From Opitutia bacterium (lineage in GTDB: Bacteria > Verrucomicrobiota > Verrucomicrobiia > Opitutales > T3Sed10-336), in contig JBJHCF010000014.1 in NCBI GenBank assembly GCA_050506795.1, forward strand, positions 2,846 through 66,845: a DNA stretch of 64,000 bases, written 5' to 3'. Of the stretch, positions 30,770 to 38,257 are shown piece after piece. Within the stretch, counting starts at the first letter, position 1, and the number at the start of each line of letters is the position of its first letter. Under the pieces are notes generated by a model. The model ran no database searches. It was not told where the DNA came from and saw only the letters and a list, made by a program, of their open reading frames with translations. The translations under genes and the position numbers were made by a program.

Positions 30770-32221
30770 ATGAATAAAATAAGGATAAGCGAAACCGTAT
30801 TGGCGCTGGTTGGTGCGGTAGTGGCCGGTTTGCTTTCGATCGGAACCGTATCATCCGCGAACTCCACCGTTGCGGAAGAAGCCTCGGCATCTGACGGGAA
30901 TTCGACGCGCGTCTTGAGTGGTTTGCCCGCCGTTCAGACTCTTTCGGCTTCGGAGACGAACGCCGTCGCCTCGGTTCTGCAGGGCCGGATTGTGGAAATG
31001 GGCGCCGCCGGGAACGTCGAAGTGTTTTTCCGGTGGCACAGAGATCCCGAGATCGCCATACGGTCCCCTTACGAGGACTTGGACTGGGACACTGTCAATC
31101 AATATAAGAGTGCCTTTCACGTGCACCGGCGCGGATACTCGGTCCAGGATGTTGTTGAGATGCACGAGAACTATGGATACGATGTATTCGCCCTTACCGG
31201 GAATTGGGAGCATTTCCCAACGAGTTCCGATACGATGCTGACTATCGACGGAGTCGAGCACAACCACGGTTTCCAACACCTCGTGTACCTTTTTGGAACC
31301 TATTCCAGTGAGCCCGGAAAAGATTTCGACCGGTCGATCGAGGACGCGAAGGCGGACGGGGGTCTTCTGCTGATGGCTCATCTGAACGATCCCGGCCGAC
31401 ACGACCTCTCCGTGGACCAGTTCTATGACTACCTGACCCGGCACGAACATATGGTTGGAATCGAGATTATAAGCCGAAACTACATGCCCCAGCCGAATAG
31501 TGGGGATAATATCCATCCGCATCGTCGCGGTAAGGGAAACTACGTCCGTGTCGGGCGAATCTGGGATGCGATGCTCAAGAACTACGGGGTGAAAACATGG
31601 GGTTCGGCGTGGGCGTTTGGGGTGACGGATGGGTATCCGGATCACATTGACCGAGTGGAGTTCACGGAGGGACAGACCATTTTTAATTCCAGTTGGCAGC
31701 GCGTTTTGGCTCCGGAGAGGACCGAGGCGGCGATTCGTAAGGGCGTCGAATCCGGAACCTCTTTCTTTGTCAGCAACATGGGCGATCAGGAAATGGAGCC
31801 GCCCATGGTAAGGAGGATCGATGTGAACGGGGATACGATAGAACTCACGATCGACGGCGAGTATGAGAAGGTGAAATGGATCTTCGACCAGGAGACGGTG
31901 CAGACCGGGGAAACCTTTCGGATTTCGGAACGGCGTTCCGGTCAAAACTATGTTCGTTTTGAAATATGGACCCACACGGGCTATTACGAGGCCGACATTG
32001 TCGGTTCACAGCCCATCTTCTTAACCGGGGGACCCGAGTGGATTGAAACCGAGACGATTACGTCCGGAGAGGAGGGGGCTTTTTCAGCCCGAATCACCGG
32101 ACTGGAATCGGGAAGCACCTACTTTTTCCAGGCGGTTGTTCGGGATGAAACCGGTGCGGAAATGACCGGGGAGACGCAAACCTTCACTACCGCCGCCGCC
32201 TTGTCGCCTTCCAGCGATTAG
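30770..32221 (+). CDS. Secreted hypothetical protein (possible PHP-like metal-dependent hydrolase N-domain, Fn3-like C-terminus)
   Basis: Signal-like N-terminus. 'FHVHRRGYSVQDVVEMHENYGYDVFALTGNWEH' and 'MAHLNDPGRH' resemble PHP-domain His motifs. The C-terminus 'GSTYFFQAVVRDETGAEMTGETQTFTT' is Fn3-like. Function not established. Confidence 0.45.
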   Translation: MNKIRISETVLALVGAVVAGLLSIGTVSSANSTVAEEASASDGNSTRVLSGLPAVQTLSASETNAVASVLQGRIVEMGAAGNVEVFFRWHRDPEIAIRSPYEDLDWDTVNQYKSAFHVHRRGYSVQDVVEMHENYGYDVFALTGNWEHFPTSSDTMLTIDGVEHNHGFQHLVYLFGTYSSEPGKDFDRSIEDAKADGGLLLMAHLNDPGRHDLSVDQFYDYLTRHEHMVGIEIISRNYMPQPNSGDNIHPHRRGKGNYVRVGRIWDAMLKNYGVKTWGSAWAFGVTDGYPDHIDRVEFTEGQTIFNSSWQRVLAPERTEAAIRKGVESGTSFFVSNMGDQEMEPPMVRRIDVNGDTIELTIDGEYEKVKWIFDQETVQTGETFRISERRSGQNYVRFEIWTHTGYYEADIVGSQPIFLTGGPEWIETETITSGEEGAFSARITGLESGSTYFFQAVVRDETGAEMTGETQTFTTAAALSPSSD

Positions 32222-32268
32222 CAAGGGATGCCTCCCGGGGTTGTTATCGGAGAAGCCCTTAATGAAGC

Positions 32269-32685
32269 CTAGATTTCGATCAACATATTGGCGTATTTCC
32301 GATGCTCGCCGAACCAGCGTATGATTTCACCATCAGCGGTGACCAACGGCTGTTGCAAAACGAGCGCGGTGGCGACAATCATGCGGTCCGCTGGATCGCC
32401 ATGGAAGTCCTGGAGCCGGGCGCTCAAGGTCGCGATGGCGACGGTCAACGGCTGGATGAAAACCGGGGGACGGGTGTTTTCTTCAATCCATTCCGTAACC
32501 GATGGGGACAAGCCCAGTCTGCCTTTTTCGGCGAGCATGGACACTTCCCACAAGGCTATCGCCGGGAGCGTGCACCGGCCATCGTAATCGGCGAGAAAAC
32601 CACACCTTTTATCCCCGCCGCAAGCCCAGACCCAGGCATGGGTGTCCAACACGACCGAAGTAGGCACGGCCTCACCCTTCGACAT
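32269..32685 (-). CDS. vapC: PIN-domain toxin (VapC family)
   Basis: 138 aa. 'VVLDTHAWVW' (first acidic PIN motif) and 'DPADRMIVATALVLQQPLVTADGEI' (C-terminal PIN motif). 14-nt overlap with the upstream antitoxin. Confidence 0.85.
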   Translation of the reverse strand: MSKGEAVPTSVVLDTHAWVWACGGDKRCGFLADYDGRCTLPAIALWEVSMLAEKGRLGLSPSVTEWIEENTRPPVFIQPLTVAIATLSARLQDFHGDPADRMIVATALVLQQPLVTADGEIIRWFGEHRKYANMLIEI

Positions 32686-32896
32686 TCCAGCGCTCTCCGG
32701 TGGTCAGAATGTCTCCTTTTATCGCGGTCCGGTTTTTCGAGCGTCCGAAAAGAGTCCGGCCGCCGCCACCGCCCACCGGAACCAGACGCGCCGCCGCACG
32801 ACCGTGACGCGTGATAACAACGGTTTCACCTCCGCTTTCCACCTGCTCGATCAAACGCAAACACTTAGCTTTGAATTGGGTCACCGTGATTTCCAT
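32672..32896 (-). CDS. Phd/YefM family antitoxin
   Basis: 74 aa. 'MEITVTQFKAKCLRLIEQVESGGETVVITRHGRAAARLVPV' is a typical Phd/YefM N-terminus. Confidence 0.85.
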   Translation of the reverse strand: MEITVTQFKAKCLRLIEQVESGGETVVITRHGRAAARLVPVGGGGGRTLFGRSKNRTAIKGDILTTGERWNVEG

Positions 32897-33102
32897 AAAA
32901 ATACCCTAGTCAGCCCATAGTCATTGTCAAGAATGGTTTTTGGCATTTCGTGCCCGGACGAAGCGGTGTTTCAATCCGCGCGCCCCGTGTGGGGCGCGAC
33001 ACCATGCTCGATCAGACCTTCGGCGGTCAGCCTGTTTTCCACCCAAACCTGTTCCATGTGGATAAGACAGAAGAGCCAATGTTGCAGGGCGAAAGGGGGG
33101 GC

Positions 33103-33555
33103 TCAGATCGTCCTTGGCGTAGTTCGACGTTTAGAATTCCTCTTTTCGCGAAAAGGGTTGATGACACGAACTCCATCGTAGTTCTGTTCATGATTGAAAT
33201 CCTCCGAATAGAGCGCGGTGCATTCGCCGTCATTTGCTGATGCGACGATGATGGCGTCCCCGTGTGAAAGGCCGTAACGCAAGTGAATGCGCTGGGCGGC
33301 GAGGTAGGTATCGACGGTGAGCGGCAGGATTTCGAATCGCAGCCAGCGGCTGACCCAGTCCTTTTCCTGATCACGAGAATGGTTCAGCTTCTTGGGATTT
33401 CGAGCGTTGGCCGTGAATTCGTTCAGAACCTGCACTGAAATGAGCAGACCACGCTGAAGCAGGAGTTCGCGCGCTATCCTGGTCTTACGTGGAACCGGCA
33501 CGACCTCGTTGGCGGCGTAAACCAGAATATTCGTATCAACGAAGGCGTTCGGCAT
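33103..33555 (-). CDS. vapC: PIN-domain toxin (VapC family)
   Basis: 150 aa. 'FVDTNILVYAANE' and 'HGDAIIVASANDGECTALYSEDF' PIN motifs. Overlaps the upstream antitoxin by 20 nt. Confidence 0.85.
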   Translation of the reverse strand: MPNAFVDTNILVYAANEVVPVPRKTRIARELLLQRGLLISVQVLNEFTANARNPKKLNHSRDQEKDWVSRWLRFEILPLTVDTYLAAQRIHLRYGLSHGDAIIVASANDGECTALYSEDFNHEQNYDGVRVINPFREKRNSKRRTTPRTI

Positions 33556-33799
33556 AGATCTCGTCGCGGGTCAGGGGTTTGACCACCTTTTTCGATGATT
33601 TCGCCCTGGAATCGGCTATGCGATAAAGTTCCTCAAGCGAAGCGATACGTTGCGCCTCGGGATCCGATTCCTTCGCTTCTTCCGACGCCAGGAAATCCCG
33701 CACCATCGCGCTCACGGAGGTGCCCCGCTTCGCGGCCCGGATTCGTGCCTTGCGGTAAGTTTCCTCGTCGATCTTCAACGTGATGTTCTTTGTTTTCAT
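33536..33799 (-). CDS. Ribbon-helix-helix (CopG-like) antitoxin
   Basis: 87 aa. 'ITLKIDEETYRKARIRAAKRGTSVSAMVRDFL' has an RHH pattern. Coupled to the VapC gene. Confidence 0.75.
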   Translation of the reverse strand: MKTKNITLKIDEETYRKARIRAAKRGTSVSAMVRDFLASEEAKESDPEAQRIASLEELYRIADSRAKSSKKVVKPLTRDEIYAERLR

Positions 33800-34044
33800 A
33801 ATGGCACATTAACTGTGCGTCTGTGCCAAGTCAAGACTGGCACTAATGTAACACCCTTGTCCTGGATGCCGACCATTTCAGTGTTTAAGTGCGTTGGAGG
33901 TGGGTGGTCAAAACTTCGATCAATCCACCGCCGCCCAACATCCTGGCCTGTCGGGGATTCCGTGAGGGAAAGGCTTGCGAAGGAGGTAGGGGACTGGTTT
34001 CCTTGGCATTGGATTTCCAACGCCCGGCCCCGGCCGTCCCAAAA

Positions 34045-36453
34045 ATGCGCACCCAGACCGAAGCCGATACTTGCCGCACGCTTGTCCTGCCCAGGCTTTA
34101 TGCCGCGGGCTGGAACGACGACCAGATTGCCGAGCAGCGTACATTTACGGACGGACGGATTGTGGTCACGGGAAACAAAGCGTGGCGGCGTCCGCGGAAG
34201 CGGGCCGATTACCTCCTTCGGCACCGGCCGGGGCTGCCGCTGGCGGTCATCGAAGCCAAGGCGGCTCACCGTCACCCCTCCGACGGCATCCAACAAGCCA
34301 GGGAGTACGCGGAGATACTCGATCTTAAGTTCGCCTACACCACCAACGGCCGCGAAATCCTCGAATTCGACTTCATCACCGGCAAAGAGACCCTCCTCAA
34401 GGAGTTCCCGACTCCCCGGCAACTCCTCCGCCGCCTCAACGCCTACCTCGGCCTGCCGTCCGCCGAGCAGCAAAAGCGCTTTTTCGACCCGCCGCCTCAC
34501 GCGCCCTCCGCCAAGGAACCGCATTACTACCAGCAAATCGCCGTCAACCGCACCGTCCGGGCCATCCTCCAGGGCCGGCGTCGAACCCTGCTCACCATGG
34601 CCACCGGCACCGGCAAGACCGTTGTCGCCTTCCACATCTGCTGGAAACTCTGGTCCGCCAAGTGGAACGCCAAGAACGACCCCACCCGCAAACCCCGCAT
34701 CCTCTACCTCGCCGACCGAAAGTTCCTGGTCGATGACCCCAAGGACAAAACCTTCGCTCCCTTCGGCGACGCCCGCCACAAGATCGAGGGCGGCGCCGTT
34801 GTCCAAAGCCGCGAACTCTACTTCTCCACCTACCAGTCCCTCGCCCGCGACGAGAATCGCCCCGGCCTCTACAAGGAATTCGCGCGCGACTTCTTCGATC
34901 TCGTGATCGTGGACGAGTGCCATCGCGGCAGCGCCCGCGACGAGTCCAACTGGCGCGAAATCCTCGAATACTTCGAGCCCGCTTACCAACTCGGCATGAC
35001 CGCCACCCCGCTGCGCGAGGAAAACCGCGATACCTACCTCTACTTCGGCAACCCCCTCTACACCTACAGCCTGAAACAAGGCATCGACGACGGATTCCTC
35101 GCTCCCTACCGCGTCCATCGCATCGTCACCGAATGGGACGCCGCCGGCTGGCGCCCCAGCAAGGACGACCTCGACCGCTACGGACGCCGTATCCCCGACG
35201 AACTTTACGGCACCCCCGACTTCGAGAAACGCGTCGCGCTGTTCAAACGCACCGAAGCCATCGCCCATCACCTCACCGCCTTCCTCAAGCGCACCGACCG
35301 CTTCGCCAAGACCATCGTCTTCTGCGTGGACCAGGAACACGCCGCCGAGATGCGCACCCTCCTCAACAACCTCAACGCCGACCTCGTCCGGCAACACCCC
35401 GACTACGTCGCCCGCGTCACCGCCGACGAAGGCGACACCGGCCGGGGCCACATGCAGCGCTTCCAGGATGTGGAAACCCGCAGCCCCGTCATACTCACGA
35501 CGTCGCAACTCCTCACCACCGGCCTCGACGCCCCCACCTGCCGCAACGTCGTCCTCGTGCGCCTCGTCAACTCCATGGTCGAGTTCAAGCAAATCATCGG
35601 CCGCGGCACCCGCGTCCGCGAGGAATACGGGAAACTCTGGTTCAACATCCTCGACTACACCGGCGCCGCCACCCGCAACTTCGCCGACCCGGAATTCGAC
35701 GGCGAGCCCGCCTTCGCCGACCGGGAGGAAATCGACGCCGAAGGCAACACCACCAAAACCGACATCGAACAACACGAACAAACCGCCCCCGACGAGAACG
35801 AACCTCCCGCAGGCGACGACGGCGCTACCCGATACGACGAACCTCCGGATCCATACGGCCCGGACACACCCCCGCCGGAGCGCCGCAAATTCTACTACGA
35901 CGGCGGCCAGGTGGAAATCGCCACCGAACTCGCCTATGAACTCGACCCCGACGGCAAACAACTCCGCGTGATCCAGCTCACCGACTACACCGCCGAAAAG
36001 GTCCGCACCCTCTGCGCCGACCCCGACGAACTCCGCGCCCGCTGGACCGACGCCGCCCAACGCGCCGAAATCATCCAACAACTCGCCGACCGCGGCATCG
36101 ACTTCCAGCAAGTCGCCCTCTAGGCCGGCCAACCTGACGCCGACCCCTTCGACCTCCTCTGCCACCTGGGCTTCAATGCCCCGATCCACACCCGCCGCCA
36201 ACGCGCCGACCGGGTAAAGAAAGACCAAGCCGAATTCTTCGCTCTGTTTGGTGCGGAAGCCCGCGAAATCCTGACCGACCTCCTCGAGAAGTACGCCGCC
36301 GACGGCGAACTATCCTTCTCCCTACCCGACGTCCTCAAAGTCCCGCCGGTTTCCCAACACGGCAACGTGAACGAAATCATCGGCAAATTCGGCAACTCGG
36401 AAAAGCTCCGGGATGCGGTAAATCAACTGCAAGTTCTGCTGTATGCCTCATAG
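34045..36453 (+). pseudogene. hsdR: Type I restriction enzyme R-subunit-like gene (EcoEI/type IB-like: N-terminal PD-(D/E)xK nuclease, ResIII/DEAD helicase, EcoEI_R_C tail) interrupted by an in-frame TAG at 36121-36123
   Basis: ATG 34045 gives 'MRTQTEADTCRTLVLPRLYAAGWNDDQI...ADYLLRHRPGLPLAVIEAKA' (nuclease motif). 'YYQQIAVN', 'MATGTGKT' (Walker A), 'VIVDECHRG' (DExH), 'TSQLLTTGLDAP', 'QIIGRGTR'. After the TAG the same frame continues without a stop to TAG 36451-36453: 'AGQPDADPFDLLCHLGFNAPIHTRRQRADRVKK...VLKVPPVSQHGNVNEIIGKFGNSEKLRDAVNQLQVLLYAS'. This is the conserved EcoEI_R_C-type tail. The stop is codon 693 of 802. Confidence 0.8.
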
Positions 36454-36499
36454 ACACGCCAACCCTGGAGTGCGGTGGCATCACACCGCTTTGAAGCCG

Positions 36500-36519
36500 G
36501 ATCCCGGCGCGCCGGGATC
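36500..36519. promoter_or_regulatory. Perfect 20-nt palindrome GATCCCGGCGCGCCGGGATC between hsdR and the HigBA-like pair (possible operator or terminator stem)
   Basis: Read directly. 47 nt after the final hsdR stop and 69 nt before the higB-like ATG. No U-tract follows, so its role is unresolved. Confidence 0.25.
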
Positions 36520-36587
36520 GCCCCGAAAGAAAACCGCGGAAAGGTCCGCGCACCCCACGGTTCACATCAAATTTGTTGTTGCTGCGT

Positions 36588-36941
36588 ATGGAATTCACAG
36601 TAGAGTTTTATGAATCGAAAGAAGGACGGTGTCCGATGCGTGAATTTCTCGACGATCTCAAGGCAACCGATCCCGGCGATTTTGCTGCCGTTGTCGCCGG
36701 GCTGGCCAAGCTGCGCATCAGCCAGTACCACCGCCCGCCGCTCTCCAAGGCGCTCGGCGACGGTTTGCTGGAACTGCGCCACGTCGGCAAGCTCAATACC
36801 CGCGTGCTTTGGTTTTTTGTGAAAGGACGCCGCATCGTCGCCGTTCATGGTATCCGCAACAAAGGCCAGAGCATTCCCGCCCGCGATCTCGCAACGGCTC
36901 GGGCACGCAGGACCGACTGGCTGGAAAGGCATCGCCCATGA
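36588..36941 (+). CDS. higB: RelE/ParE-superfamily toxin (HigB-like, phage Gp49-like/DUF891 type)
   Basis: ATG 36588 gives 'MEFTVEFYESKEGRCPMREFLDDL...GDGLLELRHVGKLNTRVLWFFVKGRRIVAVHGIRNKGQSIPARDL', a typical Gp49-like killer. The stop overlaps the next ATG (ATGA at 36938). Confidence 0.8.
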   Translation: MEFTVEFYESKEGRCPMREFLDDLKATDPGDFAAVVAGLAKLRISQYHRPPLSKALGDGLLELRHVGKLNTRVLWFFVKGRRIVAVHGIRNKGQSIPARDLATARARRTDWLERHRP

Positions 36942-37291
36942 AGAAGGCGAATTTCGATCAATACCTGGAGGAACAACTCAAGGATCCCGAGTTCGCCCAA
37001 CGCTTTGCGAAGGCAGGCGAGGCATGGGAGTTGGCGCTTGAGATCGCCCGCCTTCGCGAAGAAGCCGGCCTTTCTCAAAAGGAACTCGCCAAACGCCTCG
37101 GAACCACCCAGCAACAAATCAGCCGTATCGAGTCCCCGGCCTACGAAGGCCATTCCCTAAGCATGCTCCGCCGCCTGGCGGCCGCACTCGATAGGGACGT
37201 GAAAGTGATCTTTGAACCTCGGCATCGCGAGAAAACCCACGCCGTGAACGAGAAACCCGCCCGTTACAGAACCCGAGGGACAAAAAGATGA
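36938..37291 (+). CDS. higA: XRE-family HTH antitoxin (HigA-like)
   Basis: 'LREEAGLSQKELAKRLGTTQQQISRIESPAYEGHSLSMLRRLAAALD' is a classical Cro/C1 HTH. Translationally coupled to the toxin. Confidence 0.85.
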   Translation: MKKANFDQYLEEQLKDPEFAQRFAKAGEAWELALEIARLREEAGLSQKELAKRLGTTQQQISRIESPAYEGHSLSMLRRLAAALDRDVKVIFEPRHREKTHAVNEKPARYRTRGTKR

Positions 37292-37393
37292 CAACTCGTC
37301 GGACACACCGCATTTGATATTCAAAGACAAGCTGGGCCGCACTACCGTCAACGACGCGGCACTTTACGAACGGCTAAAAAAGGAATTTGCACC

Positions 37394-37606
37394 ATGAAGA
37401 AAGCGAAAAAGCCATCACTCACACAACAGGCGACACAGGCCATGGCTGATGCCGTCGCCAAGGTAATCGAGGACCACCGCCGCCGGGCAAAGCCGATGGC
37501 TGTTTGGCGTGATGGCAAGGCGGTCTGGATTCCCGCCCCTGAAGCCGGCGCTCTCCGCGAGACGACGGCTCCTTATCGCGTCAAATCCGGCCGCAAAAAA
37601 CCTTAG
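37394..37606 (+). CDS. Small basic hypothetical protein (70 aa)
   Basis: ATG-initiated ORF in an otherwise tight + strand array, 7 nt upstream of the next gene. No recognised domain. Confidence 0.4.
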   Translation: MKKAKKPSLTQQATQAMADAVAKVIEDHRRRAKPMAVWRDGKAVWIPAPEAGALRETTAPYRVKSGRKKP

Positions 37607-37613
37607 ACCGACA

Positions 37614-38066
37614 ATGCCAAACAAACAAAAAACCCAATTTCAACAAGATTTCCCCACCGCTGAAGTGCTTTCGCCGGAGTTGAAAGCTCTGTTGGCTGAC
37701 ACCCGTCCCGTCGAGAGCCTCGATCTCGACGATTTGGCCGCCTCGGTGCGCGATCTTGATCGCGATCCGGAACACGTAGCCGAAACCCTGAAAGGGGTTT
37801 TCGTGGAAGACGTCTTGCGCGCCCTGGAAGAAGAAGGGATGAACAAGAGCCGGCTCGGCAAAACCCGGCAGCAGATCTCCTACCTGCTGAATGAGGAGAA
37901 GCTGAACAATTTCACCATCGAGACCATGGCCGAAATGGCCGCCGCACTCGGACGGCATCTGGTTGTCCGGATGCTTGGGCCGAACGAACGGGTGCGGATC
38001 GAGCCGACCAACTGGCCGACCGCTATCGAGGATTGTGAGCGTGACGCAAAAACCTCCAGGGAGTGA
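37614..38066 (+). CDS. HTH (XRE-like) domain protein with acidic N-terminal extension (150 aa)
   Basis: ORF 37509..38066. ATG 37614 gives 'MPNKQKTQF...'. The C-terminal 'MNKSRLGKTRQQISYLLNEEKLNNFTIETMAEMAAALGRHLVV' is HTH-like, with HigA2-like architecture. Confidence 0.55.
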   Translation: MPNKQKTQFQQDFPTAEVLSPELKALLADTRPVESLDLDDLAASVRDLDRDPEHVAETLKGVFVEDVLRALEEEGMNKSRLGKTRQQISYLLNEEKLNNFTIETMAEMAAALGRHLVVRMLGPNERVRIEPTNWPTAIEDCERDAKTSRE

Positions 38067-38095
38067 GCCCACGAACGTTCCTGTGAAAGCTGTAA

Positions 38096-38200
38096 CGCGA
38101 CGATGTGCGGGCCTTCTGGATCGCTACCGACCAACGCGCCGAAATTCTCCAACAACTCACCGAACCCGGCATCCTTCAATCAACTCGCCTACCCGCATTG
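38096..38200 (+). pseudogene. Remnant of a second hsdR-type 3' end
   Basis: Translation 'RDDVRAFWIATDQRAEILQQLTEPGI' (38096-38173) aligns with 'DPDELRARWTDAAQRAEIIQQLADRGI' of the hsdR gene at about 36020-36100. DNA similarity continues for about 25 nt more with an indel. Preceded by an in-frame TAA and has no start. Confidence 0.7.
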
Positions 38201-38257
38201 CTCGGAACATATCCTTTTTGTACTCGACTGCCATAGCGTCGGCTTCAACCTAACGAC

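Noticed and set aside
32979-32998. Perfect 8-bp GC stem with GTGT loop (cgcgcccc-gtgt-ggggcgcg) between the two VapBC-type pairs
   Set aside because: No U/T tract on either strand, and it lies about 105 nt from the nearest stop. A chance GC hairpin cannot be excluded and a terminator call is not supportable.
36121-36123. In-frame TAG in hsdR as evidence for stop-codon reassignment or pyrrolysine
   Set aside because: TAG serves as the ordinary terminator of other well-supported genes here (32219-32221, 51698-51700, and 36451-36453 for the hsdR tail itself). A nonsense mutation is the simpler reading.
33796-36228. 810-aa minus-strand ORF, plus + strand alternative-frame ORFs 33650..34906, 34917..35939 and 35468..35971, overlapping the hsdR-like gene
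   Set aside because: Their translations are low-complexity (G/A/V/E-rich or R/P/S/T-rich) with no motifs. The hsdR frame, by contrast, carries a full set of nuclease and helicase motifs. Long stop-free alternative frames are expected at about 70% GC.
37314-37396. 27-codon TTG-initiated frame ('LIFKDKLGRTTVNDAALYERLKKEFAP') ending in an ATGA overlap with the 70-aa ORF
   Set aside because: Too short, with no ATG/GTG start or visible RBS. It may be a remnant of a lost gene and is not reported as a feature.
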